Part shown: positions 30,240-41,231 of the stretch, piece by piece
How the letters are laid out: each line of letters begins with the position of its first letter
Position numbering within the stretch: position 1 is the stretch's first letter
From: an archaeon GW2011_AR18
Lineage (GTDB): Archaea; Nanobdellota; Nanobdellia; SCGC-AAA011-G17; GW2011-AR18
DNA length: 64,000 nt
NCBI GenBank assembly: GCA_000806155.1
Contig: JWKX01000001.1
Coordinates: 739 to 64,738, forward strand
Direction of reading: 5' to 3'
Translations under genes and position numbers: made by a program
Notes under the pieces: model-generated
Told to the model about the DNA's origin: nothing
Seen by the model: the letters and a program-made list of their open reading frames with translations, nothing else
The model's database searches: none

Positions 30240-31169
30240 TTATAATGCAAAATGTTGAATTTTTCTTCTAAGTTCTTTAACATCTAATCCAAGAGCTTTA
30301 GCAGCAGTTTCTATATTTTCATGTGCTGCTAATACTAATTGTAAAAAAAGTTTTTGTTGTTCTTGCCCATCTCTATCTTCTGAAGGTATTCTTCCAACCA
30401 TTTTTCTTATCATAAATTTAAAGTCTGCAAAAGTTAGTATGTCTGAAGAACCTTCATGTGTTACTATTGCTGTCTCTACTGCATTTTGTAGTTCAATGAC
30501 ATTTCCTGGCCAGTCATATTGTTTTAATAATTTAAGTGCTTTATCATCTACTTTAAAATATCCATGTTCTTTCGAGTTCACACAAGCTAGTTTAACAGTT
30601 GTATCAAATTCATCTCCTCTATTTCTTAAGGCTGGAATTCCTATTTCTACATAACCTAATCTTGCACGTAAGTCATCTCTGATATTGCATCTCGCTAAAT
30701 TTGTATTTGATCCTGTAACTAATCTTGAAGTTAATGAATATTGTATTGGCTCTCCTTCTAAACGAAATTTTTCATTTCTTAATGATTCTTCTATATATAT
30801 TTGAGAACGTGAATCCATTCCATCAATATTATCTAGAAATAATGTTCCATTTCTTGATTTAAATAAGGGGCTCATACCCTCTTTTGTACTAGTTGTACTA
30901 TATCTTGAACCAGATAATTTATTGTATAAATCTGTATCTTGAGAGTTTTGGTATGTAAAATTTCCACGTAATCTGCCAAGTTCATGAATTGCCTTTGCAG
31001 TTTCCTCTTTTTCTGTTCCTAATTCTCCAAAGATATGAACTGTAAGATCATTTATTGCAGCAGGAATTATTTTCTCCCAAATTTTACCCATAGATCCTGC
31101 TAAAGGTATACCATAGAGAGCTTTATCATGTAACTCTAATTCATATGGATGAAAACTTGCTTTTACCAT
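30240..31169 (-). CDS. NtrC-family (sigma-54 activator-like) AAA+ domain protein with C-terminal Fis-type HTH, degenerate ATPase motifs
   Basis: GELGTEKE in place of Walker A GESGTGKE. GTLFLDNI, the RLVTGSNTNLARCNIRDDLRARLGYVEIGIPALRNRGDEF arginine-finger region and YDWPGNVIELQNAVE are present. The GAFTGA loop is absent. C-terminal HTH is AAKALGLDVKELRRKI. Confidence 0.7.
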   Translation of the reverse strand: MVKASFHPYELELHDKALYGIPLAGSMGKIWEKIIPAAINDLTVHIFGELGTEKEETAKAIHELGRLRGNFTYQNSQDTDLYNKLSGSRYSTTSTKEGMSPLFKSRNGTLFLDNIDGMDSRSQIYIEESLRNEKFRLEGEPIQYSLTSRLVTGSNTNLARCNIRDDLRARLGYVEIGIPALRNRGDEFDTTVKLACVNSKEHGYFKVDDKALKLLKQYDWPGNVIELQNAVETAIVTHEGSSDILTFADFKFMIRKMVGRIPSEDRDGQEQQKLFLQLVLAAHENIETAAKALGLDVKELRRKIQHFAL

Positions 31170-31228
31170 ATTATATTATAAGGTTTGAAGTTTATAAAAC
31201 TTATGGTTTGTTACTACTTATAAGTGTA

Positions 31229-31564
31229 TTATAGCATATGCATTTCTTCCTGCATTTTTTTAATTCTTCTTTTTAAATATTCTCTCTCATTGGGCTTGTG
31301 CCTTAACATCATATAGACTTCTGATTTTATGTCTATTCCATAATAAAAATATAAAAATCTTGCAACAGCATCATAATAAGGGAAAAATTCTTGGAATCCC
31401 CTAATTTTATTAGATTCTATTTGAGAAATTTTTGCATCTTCATAAAGTGCCTCTCTCACATATTTTTTTAGAGCAACTTTTTCTATTAAAGTTAATTCTA
31501 GATCTAAATTCTCTTTTATATCACTTAAAGTTCTAATAAAAGTTAATTGTTCTAAAGAATCCAT
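31229..31564 (-). CDS. hypothetical protein
   Basis: 111 aa ORF. Confidence 0.35.
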   Translation of the reverse strand: MDSLEQLTFIRTLSDIKENLDLELTLIEKVALKKYVREALYEDAKISQIESNKIRGFQEFFPYYDAVARFLYFYYGIDIKSEVYMMLRHKPNEREYLKRRIKKMQEEMHML

Positions 31565-31583
31565 AATAATAAGAAATAAAGGT

Positions 31584-32012
31584 TTATCTTCTTCCCTTCT
31601 CTATCTTTCCGCTTAATAATGCATCTAGGCTCTGGTCATTTACTTTGATTACCTGCCATCTTACACATGGGATATCTCCTTTTGCTCTTCCCATTTTCCC
31701 GCCTATGCATTCTATGATTACTTCATCGTGTTCGTTTATGAATCTTTGAGCATTATCTCCAGGTATGAATGCAGTTATTTGTTTTCCGTTTTTTAATAAT
31801 TGTACTACTGCACATTTTCTCATAGCTGAGTTTGGCTGTTTTGCCTCTATCTGTCTCTTTTCTATAACTATTCCTTTTGCCTGATGTGCTCCTCTTAATG
31901 GGTCTGCTTTTGCTTTTAGGTTTAATGCTCTCTTTACAAACCATTTATTATGCCATCTAGCGCTCTTTCTGGTCTCTTTAAGCTTTTTTCCTGCATTTAA
32001 TCCATTTCCCAT
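31584..32012 (-). CDS. rps12: 30S ribosomal protein S12 (uS12)
   Basis: [29 protein letters not shown] ... [23 protein letters not shown] full-length match. Confidence 0.9.
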   Translation of the reverse strand: MGNGLNAGKKLKETRKSARWHNKWFVKRALNLKAKADPLRGAHQAKGIVIEKRQIEAKQPNSAMRKCAVVQLLKNGKQITAFIPGDNAQRFINEHDEVIIECIGGKMGRAKGDIPCVRWQVIKVNDQSLDALLSGKIEKGRR

Positions 32013-32065
32013 TAATCTTATGGATAAACTATCCTTTTATAAATATTTCCTTATTACTTTGATTT

Positions 32066-32611
32066 ATGGGAAATGTTAAAGTCAATTATGTTGATCAGGA
32101 TAGTATTCCTAAAGATATTAGGGAAGTTTTAGACAATGTAATAGCTTCTGAAGTTCTTAAAAGGGTCCATTTTAGAGCATCTCCACATAAGAAGCCTGAT
32201 TTTGAGATTGAAGCTGAAGATGTTTGGAGAAGTGTTAGAGATTCTAAATTAAAAGACCGTTGGCTTACTGATATTATTGCTTCTAATGGCATACCATATT
32301 CTTTTGACAGGCTTGCAAGTGATAGAACTGATTCTTATGTCGTATATTCAAGAACGAATAGAAGCATAGCTGTTAGTATTGATGAAAATCCTGTAGTCCA
32401 AGTTTATGATTCTCTTAATCTAGAAGGCATTTCAACAGAGATAGGATTTTATGTTCCAATAAATAATCAGAGCAGAGTTTTATGTAATAATCAAAGAACA
32501 GTTTTACTTTTAGAGATGAAAGTTAATCCCTCAAGAATTTATGAAATTGATTGTTCTGTTTTAGATTCTGACAGAAATTTTGACAGGTTGTTTTTATTAC
32601 ACGGTTCATAA
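32066..32611 (+). CDS. hypothetical protein
   Basis: 181 aa ORF on the opposite strand inside the rpo-S12 region. Confidence 0.4.
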   Translation: MGNVKVNYVDQDSIPKDIREVLDNVIASEVLKRVHFRASPHKKPDFEIEAEDVWRSVRDSKLKDRWLTDIIASNGIPYSFDRLASDRTDSYVVYSRTNRSIAVSIDENPVVQVYDSLNLEGISTEIGFYVPINNQSRVLCNNQRTVLLLEMKVNPSRIYEIDCSVLDSDRNFDRLFLLHGS

Positions 32612-32625
32612 TAGTTTCAAGAATT

Positions 32626-32784
32626 CTATTGAACGGTTATTTCCATATGTAACTCTACAGCTTCTTTAAGATTTTTTATTGATTCTTCTACAGTATATCC
32701 CTGACTTACAACATCCAATTCGGGACATAATGCTACATATTGTTTTTCTCCTTTCTTTATTACTGCTGTTAGTTTCATATCCAT
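32626..32784 (-). CDS. small HicB-like (UPF0150) protein, solitary
   Basis: Manually translated: MDMKLTAVIKKGEKQYVALCPELDVVSQGYTVEESIKNLKEAVELHMEITVQ. AAATATATAAAC TATA-like box about 25 nt upstream on the minus strand. Confidence 0.4.
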   Translation of the reverse strand: MDMKLTAVIKKGEKQYVALCPELDVVSQGYTVEESIKNLKEAVELHMEITVQ

Positions 32785-32899
32785 AGTATCGCCTCGAAAG
32801 TTTATATATTTATCCCATTTAAAATTAATATAATTTACCTGGAATTTTCAGAAAAGTTTTCAGTTAAACTGTAAATTTTACAGGCTTCTCATGTTTTAT

Positions 32900-33292
32900 T
32901 TAAATTTTTAATTCTAATTGTTCAATTCCCATATCTAATCTATAAGGAATAAAAATTCCAAAAACCTGCACATTTGCAAAGATATAATTTTGGTTTGTAC
33001 TAAATATTAGATTATCTAAAGAAAAATGTGTTGCCTTTAGTGAGATACATGTTACTTCTGCATTAGATAAAACTTGATCTAAAAGTTCTTGATAAACTAT
33101 TGGTTGTGGATTATGTTGTCCTTCTCTATCTACTGCTGTCAATACATTATTTGATAAAGAAATTACTCTTGGTTCTAATAATGGCCTTAAAAATTTGGGT
33201 AAGATAAAATCTCCGTAATACTCATAATTTTCACCGTTAAATTCGGCTGTATAGAAAAGTTCATTTTCTAATCTAACTAATTGTGGTTCCAT
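32900..33292 (-). CDS. hypothetical protein
   Basis: 130 aa ORF between nusA and S12. Confidence 0.4.
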   Translation of the reverse strand: MEPQLVRLENELFYTAEFNGENYEYYGDFILPKFLRPLLEPRVISLSNNVLTAVDREGQHNPQPIVYQELLDQVLSNAEVTCISLKATHFSLDNLIFSTNQNYIFANVQVFGIFIPYRLDMGIEQLELKI

Positions 33293-33327
33293 AAATTTTA
33301 ATATAATAGAAATTATTATAAGTTTAT

Positions 33328-33732
33328 CTAAACAATCTTTACTTCCATCTTGAAATATTTCTTTACCAGATCATTTATTTTCTTTAGATTCTCTCTCCCT
33401 CTTCCAAATGCTCTCCCTTTCATTACTGGATCATTTATTACTATTATTACATTATTATTATCTATTTTTATCTCATCTGCCCTGTTTGGATATATTAAGT
33501 TCCTTACAAATTTAAGTACATCATCTGAATATCCTATTATCTCTATCTGTTTTTTTAATAATTTCTCTAATCTGAATATGTTAGAATTTTCTTTTCCTAA
33601 TGCCTGTTTTATATTTCCTTCCTCTACTAAAAAGATTAATTTTCTCTCTTCTGTTATGCAGTCTTTTACTCTTGCTCCTGTAAGATTTTCAAACAGATTG
33701 ATATTGTTTATAGAATCCAGTGTTAATTTCAT
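33328..33732 (-). CDS. nusA: archaeal NusA-like transcription termination factor (two KH domains)
   Basis: Size (134 aa), position downstream of rpoA''/L30e and KH-like segments. Confidence 0.8.
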   Translation of the reverse strand: MKLTLDSINNINLFENLTGARVKDCITEERKLIFLVEEGNIKQALGKENSNIFRLEKLLKKQIEIIGYSDDVLKFVRNLIYPNRADEIKIDNNNVIIVINDPVMKGRAFGRGRENLKKINDLVKKYFKMEVKIV

Positions 33733-33734
33733 TT

Positions 33735-33983
33735 TTACTCAAAACTTACTGCACTTATAGGATACCATCTCTTGCATAATACCCCGACTTCTTTGTTGTT
33801 TTCTTTTAATTCTTCTGATTCTATATTATGTGTTTTTGCAAGGCTTAGTATCTTTCCTTTCTGAGGGCAATTAGAACTCACATATACTTTTATAGCCTTA
33901 TGTTTTAATATTGCTTTTATTACTTCATCTGTTCCCACTAATGGTTTTTTCTTTTTGAGATCATCTTTTATTGTTGTCATCAT
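33735..33983 (-). CDS. rpl30e: 50S ribosomal protein L30e
   Basis: 82 aa. KAIKVYVSSNCPQKGKILSLAKTHNIESEEL matches L30e, in the conserved position after rpoA''. Confidence 0.85.
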   Translation of the reverse strand: MMTTIKDDLKKKKPLVGTDEVIKAILKHKAIKVYVSSNCPQKGKILSLAKTHNIESEELKENNKEVGVLCKRWYPISAVSFE

Positions 33984-35116
33984 TCATCTTTCTCCATATC
34001 AGCAGTTTTTGCTATTAATCCTGGTAATCCTGTTCCTAATGGTACTGGCTGATTTAATATTACATTCTCTACTACACTGTTTAGATCATCTCTCTCACCT
34101 ATTAGGCTTGCGTTTATCAGATGTTTTATTGGAGTCTCGAATGTTGCTCTTGCTATTACGCTCTCTTTCTCTCCTGTTATTCCTGTTCTTGTTATTCCCT
34201 TGATATTTCCTGTCATTGTCATTACATCTACTAATAGCATGATATGTCTTACATCTATGCTTATACCCTGGTCTTTCAGTACTTTTGTTGCCTCTCTTAT
34301 TATTGCCTCTCTTGCTCCCTCTATTCCAAATATCTTAGAGACTTCAAATATATCATTTGTCATTATTGTCTCTTTTTCTACTTCCTCTAGTTCTAATGCC
34401 TGTTCTAGGTTTGATCCTGCACATAATATTGTATATCCATTTTCATCTTTTACTGGTAATACATGTGTTACCCCCTCTAATCCTCTTACATGTATCTGTT
34501 TTGCTTTCTCTTTTAATTTATAAATCTCTGATAATAGTAAATCTTTCTCTTTTGGTTTTATTATAATACTTTCATCTCCGCCTTTTACCTCTAAGCTTTT
34601 CATCTCTGTTACTATTTTATCAAATACTGCTTTTGGTTTTATGTCTAATTCTCTTAATTTTTTCTTGTCTAATACTATCTCTATGTTTGCTTTTGCTACA
34701 TTGATTGTGATCTCCTGTGCTACATCCCCTAATTTTGTCTCTTTGATCTTCATTGCAATCTCTCTTACCATATCTGTTGTCTTTGAATATTTTGCTTTTA
34801 ATTTTAGTTCCATTCTTGGTGTGCTTGGTCTTTTTCTTGCATCAAAAATCTCGATCAGTCTAGGTAATCCTACTGTGACCTGCATCTCAGAGACTCCTGC
34901 AAAGTGGAATACATCTAGTGTTAATTGTGTGCTTGGCTCTCCAAAGCTTTCTGCTGTGATTATTCCTATTGCCTCTCCAGGGCTTATTTTTGCTTTCTCA
35001 TATTTTTCTTCCACTCTTCTTGCTGTTTCAGCTTTTTCTTTATCTGTTATCTTGTATTTTTTTGAGTATTTCTCTACTTTATCATGTAAATGTTTTGGTA
35101 ATGTCATTTTATTCAC
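33980..35116 (-). CDS. rpoA2: DNA-directed RNA polymerase subunit A'' (Rpo1C)
   Basis: 378 aa, collinear with the C-terminal third of the largest RNAP subunit. Overlaps the rpoA' stop. Confidence 0.9.
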   Translation of the reverse strand: MNKMTLPKHLHDKVEKYSKKYKITDKEKAETARRVEEKYEKAKISPGEAIGIITAESFGEPSTQLTLDVFHFAGVSEMQVTVGLPRLIEIFDARKRPSTPRMELKLKAKYSKTTDMVREIAMKIKETKLGDVAQEITINVAKANIEIVLDKKKLRELDIKPKAVFDKIVTEMKSLEVKGGDESIIIKPKEKDLLLSEIYKLKEKAKQIHVRGLEGVTHVLPVKDENGYTILCAGSNLEQALELEEVEKETIMTNDIFEVSKIFGIEGAREAIIREATKVLKDQGISIDVRHIMLLVDVMTMTGNIKGITRTGITGEKESVIARATFETPIKHLINASLIGERDDLNSVVENVILNQPVPLGTGLPGLIAKTADMEKDE

Positions 35117-37685
35117 CCACTACTTCCCTCATTGTCTTTACAACTTTGATCTTTCCTGCATCTGTCTTTGAAACATCTAATCCATCATCTCCGTACTTGA
35201 ATTGTACTATGTTATGGTTTGCATCTCTTACTGTATTATCATATTCTACTTTGATATCCTGTAATGCACTTTCCAGTCTTCTGTATAAATATCCTGATCT
35301 AGGTGTTCTTAGAGCTAAGTCCATGAAGCTGTCTCTTCCTGTCATTGAGTGCATGAAGAATTCTTCAGGTGTCAGTCCGTCTTTGTATCCTCTTCTTACA
35401 AATCCTCTTGCTTTTGGTGATAAGTCTCCTCTGTTGAACATGCTTAATGTCCTGTTCCTGTATCCTAAGTCTATTCTCTTTCCTGATAATGACTGCTGTC
35501 CTACACATGCTGCGATCATTGCTAAGTTTAGTAAGTTTCCTTTTGCTCCGGCTAGTGCCATTGTGATTGTTGAGTTGTTTGCATCAGATATCTCTCCTAC
35601 TACCTCTCCTATTCTCTGTCTTGCTTTGTTCAATACCTCTAATATTTTCACTTCTAATGTTGCTTCCAGTGTCTGTCCTGGCAATGGTTCTAATTCTTTT
35701 GATTCATATTGTCCTATCAACTGTGCTACTCTTTTTTCTGCATTATATATTGCCTCTCTGCATTTTTCTTGTACATCTTTAGGTAAGTCAGTATCTGATA
35801 TTGCTGTTGTGAATCCGTAGATTCCTAATGATGCAATTCCTAATCTGAATATTTTTCCTAATATCTGTAATGTTCTTGTATGCCCGTAATTATTTACTAA
35901 TGCTCTTATTAATTCTCCTTTTTCCTGTCCTATTGTTGCCTGGTCTATTACTCCCTCTATTAGCATTCCCTCTTTGATTACTACTGGCTGTTTTGATTTT
36001 GATTTTCCTATGAAGTCCAAGTCTTCAGGTAATAATGCACTGAATATATCTTTTCCATCTACTGTTTTCTTGAATGTTAAGAATCTCTCTGTATCATAAA
36101 ATCCTATGCTATGCAATAATTGTACTGCATCTTCTTTGCTTAATTTCATGAATTTAGTTAATACATAATTTCCTGTTATTGCATCTTCTGAGCATCCTAT
36201 TACATTTGTTCCGTTCTTAGGAGTAATAATCTGTGTCTGTACTTCCATTAATGTTTCTGCTTCTGCTTTTGCCTCTTCTGTCTGGGGAATATGTAAGTTC
36301 ATCTCATCTCCGTCGAAGTCTGCATTATATGGGAAGCATACTGCTGGATTTAATCTAAAGCTTTTTCCTGGCAATACTTTTACTCTGTGAGCCATTATGC
36401 TCATCCTATGTAGGCTTGGTTGTCTGTTGAATATGCTTATATCTCCATCCATCAAATGCCTCTCTACTAAGTATCCTGGTTGTAATTCTTCTAATAATTG
36501 TTCCTGTGTCTCATCTGTGATCTTTTTCTTTCTTCCGTCAGGTCTTACTACATAATTGCTCCCTGGATATTTTTTTGGTCCTGCTTCCACGAACTTCTTT
36601 AATCTTTTCATGTTCCATTCTGTTACTCTCTCTGGTGTTGTAAGTTCCATTGCTACTTCCATTGGCACTCCAACTTCATTGAGTTCTATTTTGGAATCTG
36701 GTGTAATTACTGTTCTTGCTGCATAGTTTACTCTTTTTCCAGCTAGATTATGTCTGAATCTTCCTTCCTTGCTTTTTATTCTCTCACTTAGTGTTCTTAA
36801 TGCCTGTCCTGATCTATGTCTTGCTGGAGGTACCTGGCTTATCTCATTATCAAAATATGTTGTCACATGATATTGTAATAGATCCCATAGATCCTCTACA
36901 ATTATTTCCGGTGCTCCTGCATTTATGTTCTCGAATAATCTCTGGTTAATCCTTACTATATCACCTAATTTATGTGTTAGATCATCCTCTGATCTCTCTC
37001 CTGTCTCTAATGTTATGCTTGGTCTGATTGTTACTGGAGGAACTGGTAATACATTCAGTATCATCCATTCTGGTCTTGCGAATTTTGGATCTAATCCTAA
37101 GAATGCTACATCTGAATCAGAGACTTTTTCCATTCTTGTCCTTATATCTATTGGATTTATTCTCTTGTCATCTTCTAGATATGTTGTTGGTTTTTCAACT
37201 TTTATTGTGTGTTGTTTTGCCTGGCAGTGCGGACACTTTTTCACATTTCTTAATGTTGTAGAAATTCCCTTTACCTGTTTTTTTGTGCTTACATCAGCAT
37301 CATCTTCTGTTACTTCCTGCTCTTCATCATCCTCTATCTGTATTCTCATTTTCTTGTCTGTTAATAATTTTCCGCACTCTCTGCATGTGCATCTTAAGAA
37401 ATTTAATATTACATCTGCATATTTTACATGTATTATTGGTCTTGCTAATTCTAGGAATCCGAAATGTCCCATGCAGTCTCTTAAGTTTCCTCCGCATGTC
37501 TTGCACCTCAATCCTGGATCTATTACTCCTAATCTTACATCCATTAATCCACCATCTACTGGGTATCCTTCCTTATCGAATAATTCTGGTGTTACTATTT
37601 TCGCACAAGCCATCTTTCTTACTATATCTGGGCTTAACATTCCGAAGATCATTGAATTTATTTTTTTGTATACGTAACTTTCCAT
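35109..37685 (-). CDS. rpoA1: DNA-directed RNA polymerase subunit A' (Rpo1N)
   Basis: Zinc motifs CKTCGG and CPHC, catalytic NADFDGDEMNLH. 858 aa. Confidence 0.95.
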   Translation of the reverse strand: MESYVYKKINSMIFGMLSPDIVRKMACAKIVTPELFDKEGYPVDGGLMDVRLGVIDPGLRCKTCGGNLRDCMGHFGFLELARPIIHVKYADVILNFLRCTCRECGKLLTDKKMRIQIEDDEEQEVTEDDADVSTKKQVKGISTTLRNVKKCPHCQAKQHTIKVEKPTTYLEDDKRINPIDIRTRMEKVSDSDVAFLGLDPKFARPEWMILNVLPVPPVTIRPSITLETGERSEDDLTHKLGDIVRINQRLFENINAGAPEIIVEDLWDLLQYHVTTYFDNEISQVPPARHRSGQALRTLSERIKSKEGRFRHNLAGKRVNYAARTVITPDSKIELNEVGVPMEVAMELTTPERVTEWNMKRLKKFVEAGPKKYPGSNYVVRPDGRKKKITDETQEQLLEELQPGYLVERHLMDGDISIFNRQPSLHRMSIMAHRVKVLPGKSFRLNPAVCFPYNADFDGDEMNLHIPQTEEAKAEAETLMEVQTQIITPKNGTNVIGCSEDAITGNYVLTKFMKLSKEDAVQLLHSIGFYDTERFLTFKKTVDGKDIFSALLPEDLDFIGKSKSKQPVVIKEGMLIEGVIDQATIGQEKGELIRALVNNYGHTRTLQILGKIFRLGIASLGIYGFTTAISDTDLPKDVQEKCREAIYNAEKRVAQLIGQYESKELEPLPGQTLEATLEVKILEVLNKARQRIGEVVGEISDANNSTITMALAGAKGNLLNLAMIAACVGQQSLSGKRIDLGYRNRTLSMFNRGDLSPKARGFVRRGYKDGLTPEEFFMHSMTGRDSFMDLALRTPRSGYLYRRLESALQDIKVEYDNTVRDANHNIVQFKYGDDGLDVSKTDAGKIKVVKTMREVVGE

Positions 37686-37686
37686 T

Positions 37687-39489
37687 TTAGTACTTCCTTC
37701 CCAATAATAGTTTTGGATATATGCATAATGATTTTAGTTCATCAATTAATAGCTTGAATGCATAAGCTACCTCTATTAATGATACTTTTACATTGCTTCC
37801 GCATTTTGTACAATACTCTTTATGTTTGTAGCTGTCATATACTGCTATCATTCCACACTCTTCACATACGTATAATAATGTCTTGTCTGAATCAAATCTC
37901 TCTTTCAATAGCATTGATGCTCCATGTGCTACGAAACAATCTTTCTCCATCTCTCCCAATCTTAGTCCTCCTCCTTGTGAACGACCTTCGATTGGCTGTC
38001 TTGTCAATAATTGTATTTTTCCTGTTGCTCTTGCATGTAATTTATTAGCAACCATGTGTTTTAATTTTAAGTAGTACATATTTCCTACATAGATTTTTGC
38101 ATGATATTGTTTTCCTGTTATTCCTGAATAGAATGTCTCAGTTCCGTTATCTCTGAATCCTTCCTCTTTCAACATTTTTCTTATCTCTTTTTCTGAAACT
38201 GAATCAAATGTTGTTCCATCGATATATTCACCTTTTAATGCTCCTGTTTTTCCTGCTACTATTTCTATTAAGTGTGAGATTGTCATTCTTGATGGTATAC
38301 TGTGTGGACTGAATATTAGATCTGGTACTATTCCTGATGCTGAGAATGGCATATCCTGTGGTGGTACTAATAAACTTACTACTCCCTTCTGTCCGTGACG
38401 AGATGCGAATTTATCTCCTACCTCTAATATTCTCGGCTGTCTTAATCTTAATTGTACTAATCTGTTTCCTTCCTCGTTCTCTGTCAATAATGTCATATCA
38501 ACGATTCCATATTCTCCTCTTGTCAGTGATATTGATGATTCTCTTTTTACATTTGTTGCAATATTGAATTCTTCAAATTCTCCTAAGAATCTTGGAGGAC
38601 TTACTTTTCCTATTATTACATCCTCATCTTTTACCTTTGCTCCTGTATAGACAATTCCATCCTCTTCTAATAACCTGTAATCTTTTTCTGTCCTGAATCC
38701 TTTTACCTCTTTGTCAGGTATGCATACCTCATCTACTAATCCACCCTGATATCTTAGTTCTTCTGCATTGAATGGTTTGAAGAATGATGATCTTGCGAAT
38801 CCTCTCTCAACACTTCCTTTGTTTATTACAATAGCATCCTCCATGTTATATCCTTCATAACTCATTAATGCTATTACAATATTCTGTCCTGCCGGATGTT
38901 TGTCTGATTCAAATATCTCATCCATGAATGTTTTTGTTAATGGTTTCTGTGGATAATGCAATACATTTACATCTGTGTCCATCCTTAATAAGAAATTCGC
39001 TGCATAGATTCCTATTGACTGTTTAAGCATCTTGGATCCTCTGATTAATTTTGAGCTTGCGCAGAAATTTGAGAATGGTACTAGTGAACTGCATAATCCT
39101 AACATTGCTAGTGGTGATATCTCTAAGTGTGTATGTTCTTTTGTTAACTCCTCTTCTGATAATGATGTATAGCAGTTCTCTTCCTCAGCTGCATCTATAT
39201 ATTCTATTACTCCGTCTTTTACTAACTTTTCCCATTTTATTGTCCCGTTTTTTAATTCCTGTATATGCTGTTCTGTTAGTTTTGATTTTCCATTCTCTAC
39301 AACTATCAATGGTCTTCTTGCTCTTCCTCTTGTTGTATCAAAGAACATCTCATCATATTCTTGATCATGATGGAAATTTAATTCTGCTGGTAATACACCT
39401 TTTCTTCTCTCTGCTCTTACCTGTTTTATTAAATCTTTAGCACTTTCTGTTGTTCCTATGTATCTTTCATTTAAGAATATGTCTGTCAT
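37687..39489 (-). CDS. rpoB1: DNA-directed RNA polymerase subunit B' (Rpo2C, C-terminal half of split B)
   Basis: GEMEKDCFVAHGAS ... CEECGMIAV ... C-terminal zinc ribbon. 600 aa. Confidence 0.95.
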   Translation of the reverse strand: MTDIFLNERYIGTTESAKDLIKQVRAERRKGVLPAELNFHHDQEYDEMFFDTTRGRARRPLIVVENGKSKLTEQHIQELKNGTIKWEKLVKDGVIEYIDAAEEENCYTSLSEEELTKEHTHLEISPLAMLGLCSSLVPFSNFCASSKLIRGSKMLKQSIGIYAANFLLRMDTDVNVLHYPQKPLTKTFMDEIFESDKHPAGQNIVIALMSYEGYNMEDAIVINKGSVERGFARSSFFKPFNAEELRYQGGLVDEVCIPDKEVKGFRTEKDYRLLEEDGIVYTGAKVKDEDVIIGKVSPPRFLGEFEEFNIATNVKRESSISLTRGEYGIVDMTLLTENEEGNRLVQLRLRQPRILEVGDKFASRHGQKGVVSLLVPPQDMPFSASGIVPDLIFSPHSIPSRMTISHLIEIVAGKTGALKGEYIDGTTFDSVSEKEIRKMLKEEGFRDNGTETFYSGITGKQYHAKIYVGNMYYLKLKHMVANKLHARATGKIQLLTRQPIEGRSQGGGLRLGEMEKDCFVAHGASMLLKERFDSDKTLLYVCEECGMIAVYDSYKHKEYCTKCGSNVKVSLIEVAYAFKLLIDELKSLCIYPKLLLGRKY

Positions 39490-39491
39490 TT

Positions 39492-40982
39492 TTATAGCGC
39501 TAGCTTCACCCCGCAGTTCTCTAAAGCTTTTCTTATCTTATCCTCAGCAGCATCACCTTTTGTAACACCGCATGTTATTGCCATATTTTTTCTTAATCCA
39601 ATTGATGTTCCCTCAGGTGTTTCAATAGGACATAGTCTTCCGTAATGTGTTGGATGTAATGCTCTTGCCTCAAAATTTTCCTGTGTGCTTGTTAGTAATG
39701 AATTTACTCTCTGTAAGTGTGAATAAGCTGCTAAATAGTTTGTCCTGTCCATGTTCTGGCTTATTCCCTTTCTTCCCCCAGTCCATGATCCTGTTGCTAA
39801 TGCACTTTTTATATTTGAACTTAATAATTCATCTCTTATTATTATTTTTATTGACTGGAATTTTCCTCTCTTTACTAGTCTCTGGAAATTATACATTATA
39901 TCCTGTACTAGACTTCTTAGATTTGCTCTCATTAAATCCTCTAATAAATCTCCTGCCAGTTTCAATCTCTTGTTCATGTAATGGTCTTTGTCTGGTAATG
40001 GTAATTCATCCTCGCTTGCTTTCAGGAATTTTCTTACCATTTTACATAAGTTATATGCTTTTACCATTCTGTCTTTTGGTAATGTTCCTAGATGTGGTAA
40101 TAAATATTTATCAAGTTGTTCTCTTGTCTTCTCGAACTTTACCTCTTTTAGTTGTGTTATTCCTATTTTTTTTGCTAGATGTTCTAATGCCTCATCCTCT
40201 GTTTTTAATTCAGCTGAGTCGTATATGTTTATCATTACTGAATCATATTCTGAATCTCCTGATATCATCTTTACTATATCTGAATCTTTTACTAATCCCA
40301 ATGATTTTATTACTGGTATTACTGGAACTCTTCTGAATCTTGTGAATGTTAGATAGAATAATCCGTCTTTCATCTGTTCTATTGTATGAGGTATTCTGTA
40401 ACTTCCCATTTCTGAGAATACTTTACATACATAAGCACTTGGTCCTACTTCTTTCTTCTCTATGAATATTCTGTTTGATGCTAGATCCTCTACTGTTATT
40501 AATACTCTCTCATTTCCGTTTATTATAAAATATCCTCCAGCTTCATTCGGATCTTCACCTTTCTGTATTAATTCCTCTCTCTTTAATCCGTATAGATGGC
40601 AGTATTTTGATCTTATCATTATTGGCAGCTTTCCTATCATTGCTGTGAAATTTTCTCTCTGTATATCATCTACATATGCACTTACTTCTAGATATATTGG
40701 TGCTGAATATGTTAAGCTTCTTAATCTTGCTTCACAAGGATAGATATCTCTCTTGCTTCCATCTGCCTCTATTATAGACGGTTTTTCTATCCATATCTTT
40801 TTTAATTTTATTACAAAACTCTCCACCTCTTGCGGTATTATTGTCGGAACTACATCACCTAATTCATCTACTAATTTTTGTAATTGTTTTTCTATGAAAT
40901 CATTGAAGCTTCTTATATTTGATTCTACAAAAGGATTCTCTCTGAAAAATGCTTGTAATATCTCCCTGTACTCCTTAACCAT
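39492..40982 (-). CDS. rpoB2: DNA-directed RNA polymerase subunit B'' (Rpo2N, N-terminal half of split B)
   Basis: 496 aa, N-terminal rpoB homology. Split rpoB arrangement. Confidence 0.95.
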   Translation of the reverse strand: MVKEYREILQAFFRENPFVESNIRSFNDFIEKQLQKLVDELGDVVPTIIPQEVESFVIKLKKIWIEKPSIIEADGSKRDIYPCEARLRSLTYSAPIYLEVSAYVDDIQRENFTAMIGKLPIMIRSKYCHLYGLKREELIQKGEDPNEAGGYFIINGNERVLITVEDLASNRIFIEKKEVGPSAYVCKVFSEMGSYRIPHTIEQMKDGLFYLTFTRFRRVPVIPVIKSLGLVKDSDIVKMISGDSEYDSVMINIYDSAELKTEDEALEHLAKKIGITQLKEVKFEKTREQLDKYLLPHLGTLPKDRMVKAYNLCKMVRKFLKASEDELPLPDKDHYMNKRLKLAGDLLEDLMRANLRSLVQDIMYNFQRLVKRGKFQSIKIIIRDELLSSNIKSALATGSWTGGRKGISQNMDRTNYLAAYSHLQRVNSLLTSTQENFEARALHPTHYGRLCPIETPEGTSIGLRKNMAITCGVTKGDAAEDKIRKALENCGVKLAL

Positions 40983-41217
40983 TTACTACCACCCTATAAT
41001 ATTCACTCTCTCCGATTGTCGGACTCTTTCTTTTTATCATTATCACATCACCAATTTTTACTTCTATCATTTTTAATGCTGGATCATCATTTTTTATTCT
41101 TGGTAATTGTTTAGAAGAAATATTATATTTTTTTAGTACTTCCTGTTTTTGCTCTTCGCTTAATTTTACATGCTGAGGAACCAAGACATGTTTTATTATT
41201 GTTTGTTTCTCTTCCAT
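40975..41217 (-). CDS. rpoH: DNA-directed RNA polymerase subunit H (Rpo5)
   Basis: [24 protein letters not shown] ... [18 protein letters not shown] matches RpoH. First gene of the operon. Confidence 0.85.
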   Translation of the reverse strand: MEEKQTIIKHVLVPQHVKLSEEQKQEVLKKYNISSKQLPRIKNDDPALKMIEVKIGDVIMIKRKSPTIGESEYYRVVVNG

Positions 41218-41231
41218 TTTTTGTGATTATG

